Shown: piece after piece, positions 31,615-40,658 of the stretch
Layout: every line of letters starts with the position of its first letter
How positions within the stretch are numbered: position 1 is the first letter of the stretch
From: Meyerozyma guilliermondii
Lineage: Eukaryota
NCBI GenBank assembly: GCA_051546255.1
Contig: CP128818.1
Span: 1 to 64,000 of the forward strand
Direction of reading: 5' to 3'
DNA: 64,000 bases
The notes under the pieces: model-generated
The model's input: the letters and a program-made list of their open reading frames with translations, nothing else
Told to the model about the DNA's origin: nothing
The model's database searches: none
Position numbers and translations under genes: made by a program

Positions 31615-32085
31615 TCAACCAGGGAACACCGACGAAAGAACATAGTGCAACGACGACACACATCCCACCGAGAACAAAGCGGCACGGAAGCTACTAGCCC
31701 AGGTCCATTTAAGAATGTGCTCGTCAGAATTGACCTGAGCACTTTCGTTGGCCAACATCAGCTTCATTCTAGCCACTGAGGGATAAACCACCAACCAAGT
31801 CACGGGGAGCGGCGAGAACGATGCCAATGCACTGATCAAAAAATCACCAGCATACAACTGTGGACCATAAAAATATAACCACGCATACGAAGCAGTACTA
31901 ACTAGAGCCGAACTTGCCATAAGCACGGCGCCACGGTCGTATAGCAAGCTGAATTGCTTAACTCTGGTGGAATCCGATACAAAGTTTTGGCGAAGAAGAG
32001 GGATCATGATGGAGACAATTGCAACATTTCCACCAACAAAAACCGATTGAGAAACGAGTCCTAAACCAAGGGCAACACTGGACAT
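31615..32085 (-). CDS. DUF1772 / anthrone-oxygenase-like membrane protein
   Basis: ATG 32085. Four hydrophobic helices, QF..LY.RG, P.TWLVVYP, L.KW...S.FR pattern. Confidence 0.65.
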   Translation of the reverse strand: MSSVALGLGLVSQSVFVGGNVAIVSIMIPLLRQNFVSDSTRVKQFSLLYDRGAVLMASSALVSTASYAWLYFYGPQLYAGDFLISALASFSPLPVTWLVVYPSVARMKLMLANESAQVNSDEHILKWTWASSFRAALFSVGCVSSLHYVLSSVFPG

Positions 32086-32858
32086 GATGAACAGAATAAA
32101 AGATGAGCGAAAGGGATCTGGGGTATGGAGGTGCGAATGCGACAAAGCTAGACGCAGGAAAAGGGAAGGCAGAGGCGAGGTTCGACCGAACCGGAGGAAC
32201 CCGGGAGATAACGAGGTTTCTGCATGTCGCTTAAACGGACACGGATAAGCACGAATAAGGACGAATATGAGGTATTAATAGAATGTAGACAAAGATAAGG
32301 AAGTTCAAGCTGGATATGGGCAAATTTGCCTTATCATGATATGAGCATACTCTTGGTAAAGAAGAGACCTTAGAAATACAGCAGTAGCTCATCGATGTTT
32401 CACTCTTTTCGTATCTTTGGGCTGAGAAATTTTGCAGCAAATTCAATTTGGAATAGGTTCTGTTTCAGCAAACAAAGGTGAAAAATCAACTAAATAACCA
32501 ATTGGATCCTTTAGATCACATCTGAGTCTATAACTCATTCAACACTCTTCAGCTTCACGATGAAGGAAAACACATCTTACAATAGCATTTCAAAAGCGGA
32601 ATGCACTCTACGCAGCAAGAGCCAAGAAATCTAATCGTTAAATAGATCTCGGTAGTAACCGAGACACTGTGAAGCTTAACGATGCTTGGCATCGATCTAA
32701 GAAAGCTAGAAACAGCACAACAAAACCAAAAGATAAAAGAAAATTTCAAGCAAAGGACATCAAGCAATTGACTGCGAAAACTACACTTTCCTGCGAAATA
32801 ACACTTTTGATTCAATAAATATTGATTGGTAAACAAGTTTTGAAGAAATGAATGGGAA

Positions 32859-34082
32859 TTAGCTAATGTGGATGTTAAGAGCGTTTTGCTTGAGAAGGTT
32901 GATGATGACATGGTTAAGGAAATCAGTGGCTTCCAAGGCAGATTGAAGCGAGTCGAGGGTGATGATCTTGTCCTTAACAATCTTCTTGAGCAAGTCCTCA
33001 ACGAAGGGGTGCATGTCTGGGTCGACAACGGCTTGGTAGACAACAGACATGGCCAAGCCAGACTTCTCCAAAGATCCCAACAATTGGTTGAGAAGTTCGT
33101 TATCTCTGGCAACAAGTTCCTCGATAGGAAGCTCTCTCTTGAAACCGAAGAAACTACCAATTCTGCCAAGGAAGCTTCCAAGAAGACCTCCGTTCTTAGA
33201 AGTGGAAGAAGACGACGAAGAAGATGGGGCACTGGTCAGCGAAGTAGAAGCGGTGGTGGTAGCGGTGGAATCGGAGCCGGAGCCGGAGCCGGAAGAGCCA
33301 GAAGTTACGGATCCAGCACCCTGAATAGCAGATCCCACTCCAGAATTAATAGCACCGGTAATTTTGCCAATTCCAGAGGTGATAGCAGTTTGTCCAGCAG
33401 ACAAAGTAGCAGGAAGAATCGAGGTAGCAGCAGAACCAACGGCTTCATTAGCAGCAGCAATTGGTTGCAAAATACCTCCAAGAAGACCGGAACCGGCATC
33501 TGGCTTAACACCAAGACTGCTCATGGCCGAGCTCAACTCGGAAAGAGCACCAGGAACCTGGGCGGCAGTGGAAAGAATTGGAGCTACGGCAGAGCTCAAT
33601 TGGAAAACATTCAATGTGTTTTTGGCAGGAGTGGTGGAAGTTCCACTACGCAAGTCTTGCACGATTTGATACAATCCTGGGAAAAACTTAGCATCGCTTA
33701 AAGCCTTGACCACAAGATCGACCGCAAGGTTGGACGAGTCCAATGCAGAAAGCAAGTCGTTGAGGTTGGAGATCTTCAAGAAAAATGCAATTCCATCAAC
33801 CAAGAGAGGCTCGGTCACCTTGTTGGTAGCCAAGATTTTAATCACTGGAGGAACAAGTCCAGACTTGTTAAGGATGGTGAAAAGAGTGGTGAGAATGGGA
33901 ATGTCATCTCTCTTTGCAAGCTCAAACTCCTCGACGTCAACAGTCTCACGCTTGAGCACTTGGTTGAAAAATTCATTTACCTCTTCGATGCTAGCCAACT
34001 CACGAGTGTTGGCATCAAGTGGTGCACTCAAGGTGAATGTCAAACAAGCGAAAAGGGCCAAGAAGAAAGCAGCAATCTTCAT
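32859..34082 (-). CDS. Secreted Ser/Gly-rich protein, Candida Op4-like family
   Basis: Signal peptide, several KR sites, repeated L.KSGL/SSNLAV helical modules and a Ser/Thr/Gly-rich spacer. Confidence 0.6.
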   Translation of the reverse strand: MKIAAFFLALFACLTFTLSAPLDANTRELASIEEVNEFFNQVLKRETVDVEEFELAKRDDIPILTTLFTILNKSGLVPPVIKILATNKVTEPLLVDGIAFFLKISNLNDLLSALDSSNLAVDLVVKALSDAKFFPGLYQIVQDLRSGTSTTPAKNTLNVFQLSSAVAPILSTAAQVPGALSELSSAMSSLGVKPDAGSGLLGGILQPIAAANEAVGSAATSILPATLSAGQTAITSGIGKITGAINSGVGSAIQGAGSVTSGSSGSGSGSDSTATTTASTSLTSAPSSSSSSSTSKNGGLLGSFLGRIGSFFGFKRELPIEELVARDNELLNQLLGSLEKSGLAMSVVYQAVVDPDMHPFVEDLLKKIVKDKIITLDSLQSALEATDFLNHVIINLLKQNALNIHIS

Positions 34083-34576
34083 TGTGAAAAACTGTTTGTA
34101 ATGGCTCGCTAGAATGTTTCAATGGATTTATATAATTGACAAATTATTTTTTAGGGTCTCCACCATGCAATCATCTAAACCCTATTGTTATCCCCTCACC
34201 ATGCATATCGACAGAATTCCCCACGCAAAAAATGGGGAAATGACCGGGACAAATCAGAAATGTCATGGTCACCAGCTATTCAGCTTTGATCTCGCTTCGT
34301 TTCTCGATATACTAGCTCTATACTATCCAGTGTTGAGTAGGCGACCTCCGAGTTCCAACGTCCTTGCCGCATCGTGCATGGTGCATCGAGCGCGGGGCCA
34401 AAGAATTTCCTAATGCGGTAAAGTACGCACATAAACACCATCGCAAATTTCCCGCGAGGGTGCACCTTCGTTATTGACTTCTTAATGCGGGAATTTGACC
34501 GATGAAACGAGAGCCGCTGTGTAGAATGTAGACCCTCCTAAATTACATGTTGGGTTCCACAGTTTCGTTTATTTTT

Positions 34577-34987
34577 TCAATCAAGTTCTATGTGGCTTAC
34601 AAATTCGATGCCCTTTGTCTCCTCGGGATTAACAAAGTGAACGTCTGAAGGTTCCCGCCTAGGCGTATCGAAGCTTAAAATCACCGTGGGCTCATCTCCC
34701 ACACTTTCGATGCCGTGAACGACATTTTTGTAGAAAGTGACCATTTGTCCTGGATGAAGTTCACGAGGCTCTTCATCCTCAATGTAAAATTTGACTTTAC
34801 CTTTAAGAAGATACAAATGCTCACTACATTGCTTGTGGTAGTGCTTGGGAAGATGACTGTAGAGACGGAACACCCTGCTACTACATTCGGGTGAATCGCT
34901 TAAATAGCAGTCCACAAGCATGGTATCTGCATTTTCTGGAAATTTTGCAACTGCTTTGTTCACGTCCAAAAAGTTAAAATTGGTCAT
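34577..34987 (-). CDS. Cupin-domain protein
   Basis: HYH...EHLYLLKG...LHPGQMVTF..NVVH cupin metal motifs 1 and 2. Confidence 0.85.
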   Translation of the reverse strand: MTNFNFLDVNKAVAKFPENADTMLVDCYLSDSPECSSRVFRLYSHLPKHYHKQCSEHLYLLKGKVKFYIEDEEPRELHPGQMVTFYKNVVHGIESVGDEPTVILSFDTPRREPSDVHFVNPEETKGIEFVSHIELD

Positions 34988-35779
34988 GGTACAGGGCGTG
35001 CAACGACGTGGGGTCCTTTCTTATATCTGCGAGAATTATTTTTGTCGGTCGGTCCGTGCCGGACCGCCGAATCAGGGTCCGATGTAACCGCGTAAATTGT
35101 ATGATTGCTGTTGGTGTGAGAGTTGACTTGATTTTGATTTTTGTTAGTGAAAAAAATGTAGAAAATGAAGCTTTAAGATAGAGCTTTATAGAGTTTTTGA
35201 ACACCATCCTTCAGCGGTTTAGAGTCGATATTACAGAACCATACAGTAAGTGAATCGCACACTATTTTTTCCTATATATAAAACAAGATTCACCACATGG
35301 CTGAGTAGCAAACCTAATTGCGAAAATAACCATAAAACGGCCAAGTGCGAAGATAAGAATGCGAATTGACGACGGATTAGCCTTTCAATTTTAATGTTGT
35401 TGGACATTATACATTATTGATGTTGCTACGCAACCATTGGCTATTAAATGGCTCGGAAAATGAGATCACTGTGGATAAGCCTCCTTCAAGATACTTGATC
35501 ATCATGACGAAAACGGCAATTTGCGACCTAATATCACATGACGAGCACGGCTCAATTGAGCTGAGCTCTTGCCGCCTGCAGTAGCTTCTGAAGAAAAGCA
35601 ATCAAAGCATGAATCACCTCGAACACACAGACACCACCTCGATAAACCCAAAGTTGCAGTCTTATCTTTTTCTAGCGGCTAATTAGGTTGCAGCATCCCA
35701 CTTGATCCTGCATTATGCACTCCACACTGCACGCTGCACGCTGTCAATTTCGCGCGCCATAGTCTTCTGGTGCAACTAC

Positions 35780-37183
35780 ATGGTCTCTTCTGTGGCGATT
35801 GTGGGCGGAGGTCCCAGTGGTCTTATAGCATTGGACGCGCTCGTGCGAGAGGAAAAGTTCGATGTCATCAAACTCTTTGAAAGAAGGTCAGAGGCTGGTG
35901 GATGTTGGGTATATTCCGACGAAAAACCCGAGCCACTCGGCGATATCAAACTGCTTTCAAAACGGCAATTGAAGCCAGAGCCTGTGCCTGAGGTGCTACC
36001 AGCATACGTGCCGAAATCAAGAACACAGCGGTTTATGGATACAGCAACTTATTCATATTTGGAAACGAATGTTGAAGCTGAAGCGATGGAGTTCTCAGAG
36101 GAGAAATTTCCACTGGGCGGATCAGCAGAATCGATTCAAAAGTATGGAGAGTCCACGCCGTTCAGACATCATACGGTGATCAAAAACTGGGTCCAAGACT
36201 TGTACAAGAAAAAAGGGTATCATGATCGTATTGCATTTAATACATCTGTGGAGTTGATCTTTAAAGTGGATGGAAAGCGGAAACTTGTGTTGCGTCGTTT
36301 TGGACCAGAAAACGACTATGTATGGGAAGAAACATTCGATGCTGTGGTGGTAGCAGCGGGTCATTATGACGTTCCATATGTGCCCGATATTGAAAATTTG
36401 CAGCAATTCATAGACCATCCAAGTCGGCAAGTTTTGCATTCAAAAGCGTTCAGAGGCCCACAAGACTTTGAAAATAAAAAGGTTGTGGTGGTAGGTGCAT
36501 CAGTTTCTGCCATGGATGCAGTTCGTGATCTTTTACACCATGCTCAGTCGCCAATTATATCCTCAAGAAAGTCTACTAGTGGTCCTCATATCCATTTTGG
36601 TCTGGTGGCTTTCGAGCATCCGCTCGTAGAATCTAGAGGTCAGATCATAAAGTGTGAAGCAGAAACCGGCACTCTTTACTTTGAAGACGGGACGAGTGTC
36701 AGTGATGTCGATGCCATAATTTTCGGCACTGGCTTTTCATTTTCTTTCCCATTTCTTCCCGAGTTGAATCTCGCCCACAATCGAGTCCATAATCTCTACC
36801 AGCATGTATTCAAGATCGGAGATCCATCGTTGGTTTTCGTGGGAGCCATTACCCCAGGCTTGACATTTAAAGCTTACGAATGGCAGGCGGTTGCGGCTGC
36901 GAAAGTTCTTGCTGGAAGAGGGAAATTACCCACCACTGAAGAACAGCACCAATGGGAAAAAGATAGAATAGAAGCTAAAGGCGATGGTCCTGGCTTCTGT
37001 CTCATTTATCCCGAATTCGAAAAGTATTTTGAAGCACTTCGAGCTATTGCTGGTGACGAAGGTCCCGGAAGAAAGCTTCCTCGATTTGATCAAAAATGGT
37101 TTGATTCCTTTGAAAGGGGTCACCAGATGCGCCGGCATCATTGGCACACCACAAATGAGAAGTACATATCCTCACTTGAATGA
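35780..37183 (+). CDS. Flavin-containing monooxygenase (second FMO paralogue)
   Basis: ATG 35780. GGGPSG, GGCW, YLETN, HSKAF, GASVS, FGTGF. Confidence 0.9.
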   Translation: MVSSVAIVGGGPSGLIALDALVREEKFDVIKLFERRSEAGGCWVYSDEKPEPLGDIKLLSKRQLKPEPVPEVLPAYVPKSRTQRFMDTATYSYLETNVEAEAMEFSEEKFPLGGSAESIQKYGESTPFRHHTVIKNWVQDLYKKKGYHDRIAFNTSVELIFKVDGKRKLVLRRFGPENDYVWEETFDAVVVAAGHYDVPYVPDIENLQQFIDHPSRQVLHSKAFRGPQDFENKKVVVVGASVSAMDAVRDLLHHAQSPIISSRKSTSGPHIHFGLVAFEHPLVESRGQIIKCEAETGTLYFEDGTSVSDVDAIIFGTGFSFSFPFLPELNLAHNRVHNLYQHVFKIGDPSLVFVGAITPGLTFKAYEWQAVAAAKVLAGRGKLPTTEEQHQWEKDRIEAKGDGPGFCLIYPEFEKYFEALRAIAGDEGPGRKLPRFDQKWFDSFERGHQMRRHHWHTTNEKYISSLE

Positions 37184-37240
37184 CTACAAAGTACAATTAC
37201 TTCAATAGATTACAAACAGTAATTTTTGAAAGATCTATGG

Positions 37241-38038
37241 TTATTTAGTCTGAAAAAAATTGCCTATAATGCCTCCGATCTCCTTACCCTGGTTCACCAT
37301 CGATGCAGTAGCTTGTGTACTTTGCTCGTACACTTCCTTGTCTATCGTGCCTGCTTCGTATTTGTATTTACATAATGCAAGCATCAAGTCTGGATGGAAT
37401 TCTGGATGGCCTTGAAACGTCAAAATTCTGAGCTTTCCACCATTTGAAATTAGCCCTTGGACAGCACAGTTACTTGACAGTCCTATATTGTAGAATTCTG
37501 ATCCCTTATATGGCTTTGGAATTTCAAAAACCACATCTCGGTGTGATTCTGACATTGATAAAATGGGTCCTTTCATCAATGAAAAGTGCGGGTTCAATTT
37601 GATCTCAGTGGTACCCAACTCCCATCCTTGGCCCAAATTACGACCCACCTTGGCACCCAAGTCTTTGGATAATATCTGGTGACCAAAGCATATTCCAACT
37701 ATAGGAAGATTGGGTGTTTCAAATGCTACATTTATGACAAAACTGTCAAGTTTCTGGATCCATGGAACCTGGTCGTCAAACGCATCGGAACGAGACCCCG
37801 TCAAAAGTAGACCCTTGATGACATTGGACTCGAGTCCAGCCTTAATCTGTGAATATATTACTTCCAAGTCGTCATCATTATCGTTACAAATCTGGTAGCA
37901 TATACCAGGATATGGACACAGTCCTCCAGCCTCCAAAAGGTCTCTGCAATTGTCCCCAAAGTCACCAAACTTGGAGGCCACACCAGGAATTGGCGTATCA
38001 CATACAAGAATAGCAATGTGATCTGCTGTGACAGTCAT
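37241..38038 (-). CDS. Class I glutamine amidotransferase-like protein (YLR126C-like)
   Basis: LTGS, GICFGHQ nucleophile elbow, HRDVV, FQGHPEF. Confidence 0.88.
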   Translation of the reverse strand: MTVTADHIAILVCDTPIPGVASKFGDFGDNCRDLLEAGGLCPYPGICYQICNDNDDDLEVIYSQIKAGLESNVIKGLLLTGSRSDAFDDQVPWIQKLDSFVINVAFETPNLPIVGICFGHQILSKDLGAKVGRNLGQGWELGTTEIKLNPHFSLMKGPILSMSESHRDVVFEIPKPYKGSEFYNIGLSSNCAVQGLISNGGKLRILTFQGHPEFHPDLMLALCKYKYEAGTIDKEVYEQSTQATASMVNQGKEIGGIIGNFFQTK

Positions 38039-38142
38039 AACGATTCTTCGTTGAAGAATTCACGACAGACTGATAAGACCATGCAGGACGCCGCCGCATT
38101 TGCGACGATGCACGCTGCAAACTGCAAACTGCAAACTGCAGT

Positions 38143-38907
38143 CTACAAGCCGTACTCTCGTAGCCTCAATCTTTGTACACCATTGACTTCCTCAACGTAG
38201 ATCATGTCACCCAACATCAATTGTGTGATAAATTTTTGTAGAACTGCATCGGGTCTCACATTAACCCATTGTGGTTGTTCTGTGATTTGAGAATCGACGG
38301 CTGCTTGCACCAATTGCTGCACCAACTGCATACACATTGACGAGCCTTCCTTAAACTCAATGCTATCACGGTCCCATCCTTCGATCATCAATGACGTCAC
38401 CACGAGCCGCTTGAGGTGTTTAGTAAGGGTTTGTTCGTGTTCAGATGCACCCACCAATTTGCGATCTAAGATGTCCAATTGGTGTTTAATATCCAAAGAT
38501 GGTTCTTCCTCTGCATGCTGCAGACGCTCATTTTTTAGTTCATAATCTATTGCTTGTGTCACCTCACCATAGTCATCGAGGAGCTGGCGATAGGTTTCTG
38601 ATATTTCATGGCGATCTTTTGCAAATGTCTTTAGATGCACATATGCATCTCTACTTTCGTCCACGAGTTCCTGCGTTTTCACAGACGCAGTGGCCATGCC
38701 GAGAACATCTCCCTTTTCAGGAATATACGACAATTTAGACGCAGCATGATGTAGGGCGATGGTATCGATCTTGGGATCCACGTTCGTTTGTTGAACGCGG
38801 CGTTGTAGAAGAGCTTCTGCAGTCTCTGCCTGAGCAAGAAACGCCTCCATCTTTTCAATGTCCTTTTTTAGACGCCGCTCGTACACTTCATCGGCAGTGG
38901 GTTCCAT
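38143..38907 (-). CDS. Coiled-coil hypothetical protein, possibly kinetochore Mcm22/CENP-K-like
   Basis: Long open frame with heptad-like helices and a C-terminal RLRLREYGL. Start uncertain (ATGs at 38907-38979). Confidence 0.45.
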   Translation of the reverse strand: MEPTADEVYERRLKKDIEKMEAFLAQAETAEALLQRRVQQTNVDPKIDTIALHHAASKLSYIPEKGDVLGMATASVKTQELVDESRDAYVHLKTFAKDRHEISETYRQLLDDYGEVTQAIDYELKNERLQHAEEEPSLDIKHQLDILDRKLVGASEHEQTLTKHLKRLVVTSLMIEGWDRDSIEFKEGSSMCMQLVQQLVQAAVDSQITEQPQWVNVRPDAVLQKFITQLMLGDMIYVEEVNGVQRLRLREYGL

Positions 38908-38989
38908 AGTATGCGCGTTCTGTGCATAAATTGACATGCGCATAAAAATGCTGCGTTGAAATTTCGATTTCGCACTCATCGGTCAAACC

Positions 38990-39262
38990 ATGTCCCAGAT
39001 CCCCCAAGCTGCGTTGGAGAACCTCGACGACGGATCCCGGAAGGAGATTCTCAAGTTTCTCGAGTCCGAGAACTCAAAGTCCAAAGTGCAAATGTCCATC
39101 CACAACTTTACCAATATGTGCTTCAAAAAGTGCAACGAAAATCGGCCAATTGCCTCCGGTTCGCTCGACTACAGCGAAGAACAATGCTTGACCAACTGCT
39201 TGAACCGGTATTTGGACACCAACATCAAAGTAGTGCAATCTTTGCAGGGCGCAGCCAAATAG
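38990..39262 (+). CDS. TIM8: Mitochondrial intermembrane small Tim chaperone Tim8
   Basis: Twin CX3C (CFKKC, CLTNC), KVQMSIHNFT, NRYLDTN. Confidence 0.95.
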   Translation: MSQIPQAALENLDDGSRKEILKFLESENSKSKVQMSIHNFTNMCFKKCNENRPIASGSLDYSEEQCLTNCLNRYLDTNIKVVQSLQGAAK

Positions 39263-39274
39263 TGTATATAGGTG

Positions 39275-40495
39275 CTATGTAAATGCTACATTAAAGTTGG
39301 TTGAAATTGCAGAAATGGCCATTTGTAGTTGTTCATCTTGATCATCAGATTGCTTAAGCCTGCGGTAGCCTTCTTGAATGACTTTCCGTAGATTTTCATC
39401 ATCGAATCGTTTGAGAGCAACAGCCCATGCGCCCAACATATCGAGTTTGTATGAAGTGACAAGCTTTAAATATTCATTTCCGTAACTTTCTGCAGTGGAA
39501 ATCATGAATAACTGGACCTTGACAGCTTCTGTAACCATGAAAGTTCCCATTTCATGCTCGGTGGCTCCTGGGTTGACTATGACTTGGTTGAGCGTATAGT
39601 TGACTCTGGAGAGCGATGCAACAAATCTATGCTCAAGGGTACCAAGGCATTTTTTTAGCTTTTGTAAGAGCAATATCGGGAGCTTATATTGTGAGTTTTG
39701 AATCTCGGGCTCATTGATTTTGGAGAGAATTGCTCGCAATATTCCTGATAGCATGTCCAACATTTTATGAACGTTTTTTCCTTCAAGTTTGAACATCACC
39801 ACATAAGCGATATCTAGCAAGGGGAGACTTTGATCCAAGGGCGTCATTCCAGGAAGATAACTAAGGCAAACTTTGGTGGAATCTGAAAACAAGTCTCGAA
39901 GTCCAGTACGGTCCAAGAGACTAGTGGCTTGCGGAAACAGCAAAAAGTGGTCAAGAAGACGACATCCTTGAATCTTTATGACGGCAGAAGGATCGTCCAA
40001 TACCTTGAGAATAAAAGAAGTGACAAGAGACCACCGGGAGGAGTACCAAGTTCCCTTATGCTGACAAGAAATGCAAAAATAAATCATCGAATAAGTAGTT
40101 TCTGGAATGGAGAGCTCCTGTTCCGATTGAGTAAACCCTAATCTGGGCTTTAAACCACCCAAAGTTCGTTTGGCTGCGTATCCAGCAGAAGTGGTTTTCT
40201 GAGAGGATGGTAATGTCTGCATTCTTGGAACAACTTTTTCTTCAACAAAATCATCTATATTTTTTCCAGAACAGCTTGAATCAACGATCTCCATCACCAA
40301 GGCTGCTCCCTCACTCGAACACCACGAAAGATATGGATTAGCATGCTGAGAGATTGCTTCTATGGTATCTAGGTCAAAGTAAACTGGAGTGGTTTCAAGG
40401 TGGGATTTAAGTTCCGAAAGGGTAGCTTGATAAGATTGAGGCGACTGTGGTGAATCCACCGATAATCGATCGACAAAGTGATGTATTCGTAACAT
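39275..40495 (-). CDS. TTI2: TTT complex subunit Tti2
   Basis: ILKVLDD...KIQGC.LL...TGL..LF......CLSYLP..TP. ATG 40495 (track start is GTG). Confidence 0.75.
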   Translation of the reverse strand: MLRIHHFVDRLSVDSPQSPQSYQATLSELKSHLETTPVYFDLDTIEAISQHANPYLSWCSSEGAALVMEIVDSSCSGKNIDDFVEEKVVPRMQTLPSSQKTTSAGYAAKRTLGGLKPRLGFTQSEQELSIPETTYSMIYFCISCQHKGTWYSSRWSLVTSFILKVLDDPSAVIKIQGCRLLDHFLLFPQATSLLDRTGLRDLFSDSTKVCLSYLPGMTPLDQSLPLLDIAYVVMFKLEGKNVHKMLDMLSGILRAILSKINEPEIQNSQYKLPILLLQKLKKCLGTLEHRFVASLSRVNYTLNQVIVNPGATEHEMGTFMVTEAVKVQLFMISTAESYGNEYLKLVTSYKLDMLGAWAVALKRFDDENLRKVIQEGYRRLKQSDDQDEQLQMAISAISTNFNVAFT

Positions 40496-40658
40496 TAGAC
40501 GTTTTAATGTATGTGGGTATGAAATATGCACAGTGGCTGCACTGCAGCTGTCAAGTGTGTCAAAATGTACAGAAAGATAGTTTTAACGTGCAGCTATTAC
40601 GCACCCTGCTGCAGAATTTACTGCAGAAAACTTTGGGTCGCGCAGTCAATCTTGCAAC

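Noticed and set aside
32868..33701. 277-aa ORF antisense to the Op4-like gene
   Set aside because: Explained by low-complexity, biased codons on the coding strand.
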